NCBI RefSeq assembly: GCF_004010195.1
Contig: NC_057759.1
Location: 7,841,910 to 7,890,978 of the forward strand
Direction of reading: 5' to 3'
From: Chiloscyllium plagiosum
Taxonomy: Eukaryota
Length of the DNA stretch: 49,069 bases
Positions 1-11,530 of this stretch are shown here, one piece after another; the first letter of the stretch is position 1; every line of letters begins with the position of its first letter. The notes below the pieces were generated by a model, which saw nothing but the letters and a program-made list of their open reading frames with translations, did no database searches and was not told the DNA's origin. The translations under genes were made by a program, and so were the position numbers.

Positions 1-559
1 ACTCTGTAGCCCAAGTAGTTTACTTGGGTGACCTGGAACACATTCTTCCTTTCTTAGGCGTACACCTGCTTGGAGAAATGCCTTAGAATTTTATTCAGGT
101 TCTCTAAATGTTCCTTCGTATTCTTTTCTTTAATCAGGACATCACCCAGGTAAGTGGCAACCTTGCAAAATGTTGTCCATTGTCTGCTGAAAAATTGAAC
201 ATACCCTAAAAAGCAGTTTTGTAAATTGGTATAAGGGTATTAATTGCACAATAAGTTTGAGAATCCCGGACTAAGTGTAGTTGTAAGTAATTGGCTCAGG
301 ACTAGCCTACCACCAAGGATCTTGTGAAATGCTTTAGTAAAGTCCACGTAGACAATATCCACTGACCTATCAATAAGCTGCACATGGTCAGGATGGAGAG
401 GTTACATCTAGAGTGAGAGATGACCCGAGTGAGCATATTATTTGGGAAATTCGGAGGCTGCATGGGAATTTGGTACAGAGGGATAGAAGTGATTTTTGCA
501 TGCTAAAAGACCAATAAAGCATTTTTGAAAATCAAATTAAGAATTAAATAAAATAGAGA

Positions 560-1275
560 TGCAAAGCCAGTCAGTGTGTTGTACCCGTATGATATGTGAG
601 CTGGTTGGTTGATTGAGGAACACGAGATCAGATTAAATGAGCTGGAGTCTGCACTTCAACATTGCGACACATGAGGGAAGGTAAGAATTAACTGGATGCT
701 GAGTTTCAGGATGCAGTCACACCCCTTAGATGAACTACCTTAATTTGGCTAGTGGTCAGTACAAGAGGGTGTGACTACAAGTGAGGCAGTTAGAAGGATC
801 CAGGAGAGAGTGCTTAAGGAGTCTTGGCCCTCTAACAGATTTGAGATTCTTGGTTCCTGTGGATGAGTGTGGGGGCTATTGGGAGGGTATGCAAAGTGAC
901 CATAGCATCATGATATAGGGAGCCATTTAAGAGAAGGGAGAAAAGAGAAATGTAATTGTTATCAGGTATAAAATAGCCAGAGGAATAGGCATTGTTCGCT
1001 ACAGCCAGGCTATGTTACCTCCCTAGTGCCCAAGTTCAAGATGTATTTTTCTGGATCGCAGAAGAACTTGGAGGTGGGTGAGGAAAGATCAAGTTGTCAT
1101 GGTCCACATAAGTACCAATGATATAGGTAGAAAGAAGAAGATGTTCTTCTGAGGGAATATGAGCAACTCGGTGTTTAAGTTTAAAAAGTAGAACTAAAAA
1201 GACAAGTATCTCTGGATTACTACCTGAGCCGTGAGTTAATTGGCACAGGGTTAACAGTGTTAAAGAGGTAAACAT
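560..1275 (+). mobile_element. Decayed CR1 LINE ORF1 (esterase-type) remnant
   Basis: Degenerate motifs SNRFEIL (~831), VVMVHISTNDIGR (~1093) and SGLLPEP (~1210), typical of the CR1 ORF1 SGNH esterase. Confidence 0.7.
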
Positions 1276-1277
1276 GT

Positions 1278-1655
1278 CATAGTTATAGAGTTGTGGAGTG
1301 CAGAAAAGGCCCTTTGGCCTATTATGTCTGCACTGACAATAACTACCATGACTATATTCTTGAATATTACGATTTCTCAAGTGCTCATATAAATTTTTTT
1401 TAAAAAGGTTGTAAGGTTTCCAGCCTCCACTGCCTTCCTGGTCAGTACCTTTCAGATTCCCACAACCCTCTTAAGTGAAAATGTTTTTCTCAAATCCCTT
1501 CTAAATCTCCTGTCCCTATACTCCCTCATGATTGAACCCTCAACCAAGGGGAACAACTGTTCTTTTCTTATACTATTGATATCCCTCATAATTTTATGCA
1601 GCCCAATCATGTCCTCCTCAATCTTCTCTATTCTAAAGAAAATAATCCAAGATTA
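1278..1655 (-). mobile_element. Decayed CR1 3' end
   Basis: Tail-like catagttatagag followed by sequence resembling the reverse complement of CR1 3' ends elsewhere in the window (e.g. 22209-22650). Confidence 0.65.
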
Positions 1656-1847
1656 TCTAGTCTCAATTGCTCCAGTGTTCAACACCATTCGCAACTCCTC
1701 AGATACTGAAGCAGTCCATGCTCAAATGCAACAAGATCTGGACAATATCAAGGAGGAGAAAGTGAGGTCTGCAGATGCTGGAGATCAAAGTTGAAACTTT
1801 ATTGCTGGAACAGCACAGCAGGTCAGGCAGCATCCAGGGAACAGGAG

Positions 1848-1883
1848 ATTCGACGTTTCGGGCACAGGCCCTTCTTCAGGAAT
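1848..1883 (-). ncRNA. Minimal type I hammerhead ribozyme motif (PLE)
   Basis: Reverse complement reads attc CTGAAGA a GGGC ctgt GCCC GAAAC GTC gaat. Confidence 0.8.
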
Positions 1884-2098
1884 GAACAGAGAGTGTTCAG
1901 CAGGAGAAGATAAAAGGTAGGGAGGAGGGACTTGGAGGAGGGGCGTTGGAAATGTGATAGGTGGAACCTCTCCGCCTCCATCCTACTCCGACCTATCACC
2001 CTCACCTTGACCTCTTTCCACCTATCACATTTCCAACGCCCCTCCTCCAAGTCCCTCCTCCCTACCTTTTATCTTCTCCTGCTGAACACTCTCTGCTC

Positions 2099-2134
2099 AT
2101 TCCTGAAGAAGGGCCTGTGCCCGAAACGTCGAAT
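2099..2134 (+). ncRNA. Minimal type I hammerhead ribozyme motif (PLE)
   Basis: attc CTGAAGA a GGGC ctgt GCCC GAAAC GTC gaat: stem I attc/gaat, stem II GGGC/GCCC, palindromic ACGT stem III, GUC cleavage triplet. Confidence 0.8.
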
Positions 2135-2229
2135 CTCCTGTTCCCTGGATGCTGCCTGACCTGCTGTGCTGTTCCAGCAATAAAGTTTCAACTTTGATCT
2201 CCAACATCTGCAGACCTCACTTTCTCCTC

Positions 2230-3199
2230 NNNNNNNNNNNNNNNNNNNNNNNNNNNNNNNNNNNNNNNNNNNNNNNNNNNNNNNNNNNNNNNNNNNNNNN
2301 NNNNNNNNNNNNNNNNNNNNNNNNNNNNNNNNNNNNNNNNNNNNNNNNNNNNNNNNNNNNNNNNNNNNNNNNNNNNNNNNNNNNNNNNNNNNNNNNNNNN
2401 NNNNNNNNNNNNNNNNNNNNNNNNNNNNNNNNNNNNNNNNNNNNNNNNNNNNNNNNNNNNNNNNNNNNNNNNNNNNNNNNNNNNNNNNNNNNNNNNNNNN
2501 NNNNNNNNNNNNNNNNNNNNNNNNNNNNNNNNNNNNNNNNNNNNNNNNNNNNNNNNNNNNNNNNNNNNNNNNNNNNNNNNNNNNNNNNNNNNNNNNNNNN
2601 NNNNNNNNNNNNNNNNNNNNNNNNNNNNNNNNNNNNNNNNNNNNNNNNNNNNNNNNNNNNNNNNNNNNNNNNNNNNNNNNNNNNNNNNNNNNNNNNNNNN
2701 NNNNNNNNNNNNNNNNNNNNNNNNNNNNNNNNNNNNNNNNNNNNNNNNNNNNNNNNNNNNNNNNNNNNNNNNNNNNNNNNNNNNNNNNNNNNNNNNNNNN
2801 NNNNNNNNNNNNNNNNNNNNNNNNNNNNNNNNNNNNNNNNNNNNNNNNNNNNNNNNNNNNNNNNNNNNNNNNNNNNNNNNNNNNNNNNNNNNNNNNNNNN
2901 NNNNNNNNNNNNNNNNNNNNNNNNNNNNNNNNNNNNNNNNNNNNNNNNNNNNNNNNNNNNNNNNNNNNNNNNNNNNNNNNNNNNNNNNNNNNNNNNNNNN
3001 NNNNNNNNNNNNNNNNNNNNNNNNNNNNNNNNNNNNNNNNNNNNNNNNNNNNNNNNNNNNNNNNNNNNNNNNNNNNNNNNNNNNNNNNNNNNNNNNNNNN
3101 NNNNNNNNNNNNNNNNNNNNNNNNNNNNNNNNNNNNNNNNNNNNNNNNNNNNNNNNNNNNNNNNNNNNNNNNNNNNNNNNNNNNNNNNNNNNNNNNNNN
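2230..3199. other. Assembly gap
   Basis: Run of N. Confidence 1.
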
Positions 3200-4544
3200 G
3201 GCACCGCCTTCCTGACCTGCAGTCGTCTTCTTGACCTCTCCGCCTCCATCCTACTCCGACCTATCACCCTCACCTTGACCTCTTTCCACCTATCACATTT
3301 CCAACGCCCCTCCTCCAAGTCCCTCCTCCCTACCTTTTATCTTCTCCTGCTGAACACTCTCTGCTCATTCCTGAAGAAGGGCCTGTTCCCTGGATGCTGC
3401 CTGACCTGCTGTGCTGTTCCAGCAATAAAGTTTCAACCTGGACAATATCAAGTCTTGGACCGACAAGTGGCAAGTAACATTGGTGCTACACAAGTGCCAG
3501 ACAATGACCATCACCAATAAGAGACACTCTAACCACCACCACTTGACATTCAATGGTATTACTATCACTGAATTCCCCCACTATCAACATCACTGGGGTT
3601 ACCATTGACCAGAAACTCAACTGGACTCACCACATAAACATTGTGGCTACAAGAGCAGGTCAGAGACTAGAGATACTGTGGCGTGTAATTCACCTCCTGA
3701 CACTTCAAGTCTATCCACCATCCACCATCCACCATCAGGAGTGTGATGGAATACTCCCCACTTGCCTGGATGGTTGCAGCTCCAACAACACTCAAGAAGC
3801 TCGACACCATCCAGGACAAAGCAGCCTGCTTGATTGGCACCACATCTACAAACATTCAATCTCTCCAGCACCAGTGGTCAGTAGCAGCAGTGTGTACTAT
3901 CTATAAGATGCACTGCAGAAATTCACCAAAGATCCTTAGACAGCACCTTCCAAACCCATGACCACTTCCGTCTAGAAGGACAAGGCAGCAGGTATTTAGG
4001 AACACCACCATCTGCAAGTTCTCCTCCAAGCCATTCACCACCCTGACTTGGAAATATACTGTCATTCTTTCACATTTGTTGGATCAAAATCCTGGAATTC
4101 TCTCTCTACTGGCATTGTGGGTCAACCTACTTCACAAAGTGGAGTGCAATAATTCAAGAAGGCAGCTCACCACCACCTTCTCAAGGGCAAGTAGTAATGG
4201 GATGTCAATGCTGGCTAGCCAGTGATACCTAATCCTATAAATGAATTTAAATAATCCCAGGCAACATCCTGATGAACTTCCTCTGTATTCTCTGTAGTGA
4301 TATCATATCCTCCTTGTAGTGAATTATCCAGAATTGTACACAGTACTCCTGCTGTCGCCTGATCAACGTTCTGTACAACTCCAACATTACCTCTTTGCCC
4401 TCATAGTTTATGCCACAATTGATGAAAGCAAGCACCCAATACACCACCTTATCCGTTCTATTCATGTTCTTTGCCGACTTCAGGGATCCATAAATAGTTA
4501 ACTCAAGATCCCTCTGCTCCTCTAAGTTACCCAGTGTCAATAGG

Positions 4545-5470
4545 TTGGAAGAACACAGCAAGCCAGGAGATGCAGAAATTAACTTTTTGGGTGTAACCCT
4601 TCAGGACTGGGGGTGGGTATAAGGGAAGCTGCAGATAAAGGGGATAGCGGGGCCAGGGTGGTGAAGTGGGGTTAGGTGAAGACTGGTAGAGAACACTACC
4701 TGGTTTGTCAATGGGAGGAATGTATCCGGTTGGTGGCAGGGAGGAGTGGAAGAGAGGGGCAGGGGCTGGGAAGGGAGTCGGGGTTGGAAAGGGGGGCTAT
4801 TTGAAATTTGAGAACTCAATGTTGAGTCCACTGGGCTGTAGGCTGTCCAGGCAGAAGCTAAGGTGTTGTTCCTCCAATTTGCGGCCTTGTTTGTTACGGC
4901 AATGGAGCAGGCCAAGAATGGTCATGTCGGAAAGGGAGTGGGAAGGGGAATTAAAATGAGGGGAGACTGGGATTTCCAGTTGTCCCCTGCGGGCCCGGCT
5001 GCGATGTGAACCATTACCTAAGTTTACATTTGGTCTTCCCAGTGTAGAAAAGACCACATCAGGAGCACCTGCTGCAGTAAACGAAAGAGAGGCTGGTGAA
5101 CCTCTGTCTCACCTGGAACGACTGTTTGGGATTCTGAATGGCGGTGAGGTGGGTGGTGTATGGGCAGGTTTTGCATCTTTTCGGGTTGCAAGGGAAGGTA
5201 CCTGGGTGTCGGGAGTTGTTGAGGAGAGTGGCGCAAACCAAGGGTTTTTGAAGTGAATGGTCATTGCGGAAGGTAGAGATTAGTGGGGTGGGGTCTGGTT
5301 GGAGTTGGCGGAACTGTTTAAGGATGATGTGTTGAATGTGGAGACTGGTGGGTGGTAGATGAGAACAAGGGTGACTTTGTCTTTATTGCGTTTGGAGGGG
5401 GTGTTTAGAGCAGTGGAATGGGGAATGGAATTAACACGGTGGAGGCCTGTCTGGATGACAGAGGGAGGAA
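4545..5470 (-). mobile_element. Neptune-type PLE 3' fragment (linker Zn finger, GIY-YIG, pLTR)
   Basis: PGTFPCNPKRCKTCP; HFNSPSHSLSDMTILGL...KLEEQHLSFCLDSLQPSGLNIEFSNF. Confidence 0.85.
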
Positions 5471-5835
5471 TCTCTAACCCAGTGTCCAGCAATTCAGTAA
5501 ATACTGTCTCATTTTGTTTCTTCTTCAAAAGTGCATCACCTCATATTTATCAGGATTAAATATATTCTGCCACTTGTCTGCCCATTGGACCAACCCATCT
5601 ATATCTTCCTGTAACCTACAACTATCTTTGCTATTAATCACTCTAACATTCCCCCCTCACATTTTCATCAGTATCATTTCTGTATGTAGTAAACATTAAG
5701 GGTCCCAGTACTGATACTTGTGGTACATCACTAGACATTGGCTTCCAGTCACTAGAACAGCCTTCTGCCACTATCCTTTGTGTTCTCTTATTAAGCCGTT
5801 TCTGATCCATCTCACCAAGTTTAACTCCATTCTAT

Positions 5836-6585
5836 TGTAACGACACGGCGGTGAACCCCTCTGTTTGTTAAACCAAAAGCCTCGTAATCTGTTAAAATAT
5901 GAGTGACAGAGAATTCCCAAATTCCACTATTTAAAGAAAATAACCTCAATTTGCTTTTTAACTCTGAAAGTGAACATTAAACAACTATTCGCAATTCTAA
6001 ATCCGCTTTCATTTAACTGCTTATTATCTGCCTCCATCTTTATAACAACGTTCTGTTCCAAAAGATACTTATTAAAGTTACATAACTTAATTTCAAAACC
6101 TCGCGGCCGCTGTCATCTTCCGTGCCTTTCTTCTTCCAACTGAGGATCTCCCTGAGTCGTCGTCTTTTTACTGCGAGTATGTTTCACATGGAAAGGTATC
6201 TTTGATCGAAAGTGTTTCCTAATTTCTTGGAGAACAAGATGTTAGCTTTCCCTGCATTTCTGTTTGGGTGGCAGTTGCTTTCTGACCAATTTTCAAAAGG
6301 TGCGCATTTTAGACCCCCTCGAAATCGGTTTAATGTTGGCAAAACAATAAATTCAAACTCAATTGGGTTTTAGTATTCTGGTGCGTAATTTAAACTGGTT
6401 AAATTCAAATTGTTGTCAAAACCGCAACCAAAACTCAGGTATCCATTTCACGGCCAAATGTTGCATATTTTCAATTTTCTATTGCACTTTGAGGCTGCCA
6501 TCTAGTCAGGTGCTTGTAAGCTGTCAATTCAGAACAGCATTCACTCTCTCTCAAAGATGCAGTACTTGCCTTTAACTTCATAACA
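5836..6585. mobile_element. Probable solo LTR (750 bp)
   Basis: Begins TGTAAC and ends TAACA; flanked by near-TSD ctat/ctgt; cleanly interrupts a CR1 fragment; non-coding. Confidence 0.65.
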
Positions 6586-6626
6586 CTGTTATTCATCCTT
6601 CTCCATCAATCTCCCATGTGGTACCT

Positions 6627-6948
6627 TAGATTTTTTAGATTAGATTAGATTACAGTGTGGAAACAGGCCCTTCGGCCCAACAAGTCCACACCGACCCTCC
6701 GAAGCGAAACCCACCCATACCACTACATTTACCCCTTACCAAGCACTACGGGCAATTTAGCATGGCCAATTCACCTGACCCTGCACATCTTTGGATGGTG
6801 GGAAGAAACCGGAGCACCCGGAGGAAACCCACGCAGACACGGGGAGAATGTGCAAACTCCACACAGTCAGTCGCCTGAAGCGGGAATTGAACCCGGGTCT
6901 CTGGTGCTGTGAAGCAGCAGTGCTAACCACTGTGCCACCGTGCCGCCC
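6627..6948 (-). mobile_element. HE1-like tRNA-derived V-SINE
   Basis: Reverse complement starts gggcggcacggtggcacagtggttagc (A box), then gggttcaattcc (B box), central gtgtggagtttgcacattctccccgtgtctgcgtgggtttcc, and a (taatc)n tail. Confidence 0.92.
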
Positions 6949-7074
6949 AAGAGCACGGTGGCACAGTACCTTGTCAAGAGCATTGATAACAACCATTTTT
7001 GCATCAGCTGAACATCCCTCATTCACACATTGAATGAGTACTTTGCATCAGTTTTAATATTGGAAGACACCAGC

Positions 7075-7705
7075 ATACCAGATCTTCAAGATTGTCAGGG
7101 CGCAGAGGTGGTTGTAGAGGCCGTCGTAAAGGAGAATGATCTGGGGAAATTGAAAGGTCTGAAGGTGGATAAATCCCCCTGAACAACGGACTATACCCCA
7201 GAGTTCTGCAGGAGATAGCGGAGAAGTTTGTGGAGGCATTGATGATGATATAACAGGAATCACAGTAGGAGAGAGTCCCAGAGGACTGGAAAATGGATGA
7301 TGTAACACCCCTGTTTCAGAAGAGAGGGAGGCAGACAGGAAATTCTAGGCTGGTTAACATGACGTTGGTTGTTAAGTTTTTAGAGTTGATTATTAAGAAT
7401 GAGATTGTAGATTACTTGAAAGTGCATGGTAAATTGGGTAGAATCTGCACAGCTTCGTCAAGAGGAGATCATGCCTATCAGATTTGTTAGAATTTTTTTT
7501 GAAGTAACCAGCAAATTTAGACAAAGGAGAGCCAGTGGACGTGATTTATCTGTATTTCCAGAAAGCCTTTGACAAAATTCAGTACAGGAGACTGCTGATT
7601 AAGATAAGGGCTCATGGTATTAGGAGCAAGGGTAGAGGATTGGGTGACTGGCAAATAGGCAGAAAGTGGGGATAAAGGGGTCTTTTTCAGGTCATCAGCC
7701 TGTGT
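7075..7705 (+). mobile_element. Decayed CR1 RT fragment
   Basis: LKVDKSP, DVTPLFQK, VDVIYLYFQKAFDK motifs with frameshifts. Confidence 0.8.
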
Positions 7706-7827
7706 GGAGTTCTTGTGGAGTAGTGAGTTTGCCCCTCTGGCCTTTCTGATTTTTAGTTTCCATATTTCTCAACAGCCTTGTTTGATCTGTTTCCTAAACC
7801 TTTCATTAGGCATTATTGCTCACTTTT

Positions 7828-8195
7828 AGAACAGATGGGTTGAACCAAGGCCTCTTGGTCTAGAAGTAGGCAAAAATATGGAACCTAGATGTTTTCTGAT
7901 TACCCTGTTCAGAGAAGATATTACGCATCTCTGGAGTGCATGAGACTTGACATTGGGCTCCTGGGCCAGAGGTAGGGACACAACTGCACCTTGAAGATAA
8001 TTCCTAATCAACATGTTTGGAAATTTTATTGTGCACTTCTGGTCTAGGTGAGACTTTAACCTGAGCCTCCTTGTTCGGATGTAGGGACATCACCACTACA
8101 TCTGATATTGACAGACATGTACTTTCTAATTATCCAGTTGAAAGAATTATCACACTCCCGTGAAGCAGGCAGGACTTGAACCACAAGAGGCTTAT
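7828..8195 (-). mobile_element. Cluster of degenerate short tRNA-derived SINE-like heads
   Basis: Repeated (g)acttgaacc/gttgaacc (reverse-complement B box), mostly followed by gtagg(gaca), near 7840, 7945, 8053 and 8173. Confidence 0.45.
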
Positions 8196-8506
8196 TCAGT
8201 GATGTATTGTTGCTGGAAGAGGTCAGTCTGAGCAGCAACAGAATGGAGGAGAGCAAACCTGGAGGTGAACAGCAGCATTGTGGAGCTGAATCTAGGGGTT
8301 GAGCTATGAAGATGATATCACAAAACAAAAAGTGACATTGGCTTGGCTGCTGAGCAACCAGGTTTTCAGACTGAATGAGTAGTGTCTGGAGAGAGACAAA
8401 ATACGTTTTGTAGTTATAGTCTGCTAGGAATAGAGAGTGGAAATGATTAGTGGGTAAGGTTGTGTAATCAGTTCCTGTATTGTTTTCTCTATTTGATGTA
8501 GTTGGT

Positions 8507-8826
8507 TTAGATTAGATTTAGATTCCCTACAGTGTGAAAATAGGCCCTTCGCCCAACCAGTCCACACCGACCCTCTGAAGAGCAACCCACCCAGACCCAT
8601 TCCCCCTTGACAAATGCACCTAATATTATGGGTAATTTAGCATGGCCAATTCACCTGACCTGCACATCTTTGGACTGTGGGAGGAAACCCACGCAGACAC
8701 AGGGAGAATGTGCAGACTCCACACAGACAGTCACCTGAGGCTGGGATCAAACCTTGGACCCTGGTGCTGTGAGGCTGCAGTGCTAACCACCAAGCCACCG
8801 TACCGCCCAACCACCGAGCCACCGTA
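8507..8826 (-). mobile_element. HE1-like SINE with duplicated 5' end
   Basis: Same family as 6627-6948; head segment repeated at 8785-8802 and 8809-8826. Confidence 0.9.
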
Positions 8827-8829
8827 AGA

Positions 8830-9760
8830 TTCCCAGTGGCAGGAGAACTCAATCTTGTGCCGTGCTCCTTTTGCAATATGTGGGAAATCAGGGACACTTC
8901 TATCCATGATGACTACATATGGAGGAAGTGTGTTCATGACAAAAGAGAAATTGAAAGCTTGGCCAAAAAGAAAAAGCAGGCATACATAAAGTTTAGAAAA
9001 CTGACGACTCGACTAATTCAAAGATTGTAGGACAGAACTCAAACAAGGACTTCGGAGGGCTAAAAGTGGACATGAAATGTCTTTGGCAAAAAGGGTTAAG
9101 GAAAATGCCAAGGTGTTTTACAAATATACAAGGAGCAAGAGGATAGTTTGGTGAATTGTGATCTGGTGGCTTATTTTGTATTCCAGTTCAGAAGAGTGCA
9201 CACAATATTTTAAGTTTTTTTTAAGCTACGGGAAAGAATTTGGGTAGAGAAACATTCAGTTGGATTAACGCTATGCCTGCAAAGTCCTAGTGTTACTGAT
9301 GTGTGCAGATGGGAGCTACTGGAACAGGAAAGTCTTCAGGAGTGCAGGAGTGATGGATAAACTAATTTTGACTAACCAGGAAAGTTAAGCCATGTAATGA
9401 GTCGAAAGAAAGAAATATATCAGGATAAATTCAGAATCCAGCAAAGGAGGGCTAAAAAGATACCAGAAAGAAACAGCAAGGACAAATTGGCGAGGAATGT
9501 AAAAATTGACCAGAAGAACTGTGTAAAATATACAAGAAGGATGCGAGAAGTTAAATTGAATCTGGAAATGAAATGAATCTGGCGAGACATTCATGGGGAA
9601 CAAGGAAATGGTAGAGGAGTTAAACAGAGAATTTTATGGTCAAAGATGCATCAAACATTTCATTGAAGAAAGAATGCAGGGGAGGAATTAGGTACCATCA
9701 TCATAACTAGAGAAGTAGTACTAGTGGAGCTCCAGACAGATAAGTTCCCTGGGATACAGA
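8830..9760 (+). mobile_element. Fragmented CR1 (ORF1 Zn-finger start joined to ORF2 linker pieces)
   Basis: MAGELNLVPCSFCNMWEIRD...DDYIWRKC followed by HEMSLAKRVKENAKVFYKY. Confidence 0.7.
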
Positions 9761-10717
9761 CATTTGCCAATATAATTTGATGTCCATTTAATAGAATAAA
9801 ATTTTCCCATTTTATAAACATTAGAGGATGCGGTATACCTTTGTTATTGAACTTTGGGCGATATTAATATCAAGAATTGCCAGGGCCTTCTGTTATAGTG
9901 CAGGTTTTCAGGTGAAACGTGATGCTGGATTGATTCATTTCTGTTCTGTGGAATGCCAAAGCTGAAACTACAATTTGGTAGCTTATAATAAATCAGAAGT
10001 ATAAAACTGACAGCCTGCACCAGTGCCATCCACATTGTGTACCTTTCCTATAGATGAACTTTAAAAACAGTATCTTTCTCACTGACCTCCTCTTAGAGAA
10101 GTGCCTGTGAAGTTCATTTTCTCAGGTGGCTCAAAGGGCAGATGAAGCCATGTTTCCTCTGCACTTGAGCTTTCCTTGCCTTGCCTTTCATTTTGTTTCA
10201 TGTTTTTTAGGTATTCCAAAAATACGTTTTCAAATCTGATATTTTAATTGTGCCAAATATAAAATGGTTAAAATTAATTTTATGTTCCTTACATACTGCA
10301 CACCAGTTGTTCTGTCTTTAAATATGACTCAGAATGTGACCAGTGCAAATTGCCCAATCCAATTGTTAATTCCCTAAAATCTCCACAGGTACATTTCTGT
10401 AACATTACTTACTTATTGTTGATTTGAATGTATTGATTTTCATTCTGTTTGCTCTTTGCATTTTTTTACTGGTTGTGGAGATGGAGAAATTGGCCCTGTG
10501 GATTTATGAATGCACGAAGTATGTCGCGTTTATAATTGCTTTGCATTCCTGAGTTACTTTGCTAAGGGCAATGCAAGCCTTCTTCAGTTTTAAAATATCA
10601 TTATCACAATCTTGGATAGTTAACCTAAAATTACATCTTGTAGTAGGTAGCCAGACCCAGCTTGGATGCAAATCTGGTATGTGAGGTGGTTGACGAAGTT
10701 GGGTTCATACATAATTG

Positions 10718-11008
10718 GGCAGCACTGCTGCCTTACAGTGCCAGGGACCTTGGTTCAATTCCAGCCTCTGGCGACTGTCTGTGTGGAGTTTGCACATTCT
10801 CCCCATGTCTGCGTGGGTTTCCTCCGGGTGTTCCGGTTTCTTCCCACAATCCAAAGATGTGCAAGTCAGGTGAATTGGCCATTCTAGATTGTCCATAGTG
10901 TTAGGTGCATTAGTCAGAGGGAGTTAGGTCCTGGTGGGTTACTCTTCGGAGGATTGGTGTGGACTTGTTGGGCCGAAGGGCCTGTTTCCGCACTGTAGGG
11001 AATCTAAT
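10718..11008 (+). mobile_element. HE1-like SINE
   Basis: B box ggttcaattcc, conserved central domain, ctgtagggaatctaat tail. Confidence 0.9.
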
Positions 11009-11279
11009 AATCATAGCATGTTCAATGTACATTGTACTTGAATATTTTGAAAGTGTATTTTCATTAAAATAGTACCCATTGTTTTAATAAGCTAGAGAAT
11101 GAGTATTATGCTTATTTTTTTAGAAACAAATTGCTGTCATAAAGATATTGCCTTTTCTATTGCATCATAAAATATTGCATTTTGTAAGGGATACTCAGAG
11201 TAATAGAATCACACAGTACAGAAGAGGCCTTATGGCCTTTTGAGTCTGTAGCATCAAAATATACTGCTAATTACACTAG

Positions 11280-11530
11280 GAGAAAGTGAGGACTGCAGAT
11301 GCTGGAGATCAGAACTGAAAATTTGTTGCTGGAAAAGCGCAGCAGGTCAGGCAGCATCCAAGGAGCAGGAGAATCGACGTTTCGGGCATGAGCCCTTCTT
11401 CAGGAATGAGGAAAGTGTGCCAAGCAGCCTAAGATAAAAGGTAGGGAGGAGAGACTTGGGGAGGGGCATTGGAAATGCGATAGGTGAAAGGAGGTTAAGG
11501 TGAGGGTGATAGGCCGGAGTGGGGGTGGGG
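11280..11530 (-). mobile_element. 5'-truncated Neptune PLE pLTR containing a hammerhead at 11372-11407
   Basis: TSD gctaatta(c/t)actag at 11266-11279 and 11531-11544; reverse complement attc CTGAAGA a GGGC tcat GCCC GAAAC GTC gatt. Confidence 0.85.

Larger units (their letters stand above)
1753..3437 (+). mobile_element. Neptune-type Penelope-like insertion with inverted pLTR, spanning an assembly gap
   Basis: 15-bp TSD ctggacaatatcaag at 1738-1752 and 3438-3452; inverted arms 1753-1966 and 2016-2229; third pLTR copy 3200-3437; pLTR homologous to the 3' end of the RT/GIY-YIG element at 43001-44684. Confidence 0.85.
1660..4247 (+). mobile_element. 3' part of CR1-group LINE 'family B', interrupted by a PLE insertion at 1753-3437
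   Basis: EAVHAQMQQDLDNI continues after the insertion; MEYSPLAWMVAAPTTLKKLDTIQDKAACLIG; homologous to 21720-24162. Confidence 0.85.
4248..6990 (-). mobile_element. Old CR1 RT fragment, interrupted by a PLE, an LTR and a SINE
   Basis: Minus-strand ELYRTLIR..EYCVQFW..QRKFIRMLPG (4247-4561); a GVPQVSVLGP-like motif near 5700-5730; sequence resumes after each insertion. Confidence 0.75.

Noticed and set aside
1823..2159. Two near-identical 75-aa ORFs on opposite strands
   Set aside because: A by-product of the inverted pLTR repeat with non-ATG starts; no evidence of a real protein.
2149..3318. Long ORFs of 361 and 376 aa
   Set aside because: They consist almost entirely of N-gap codons.
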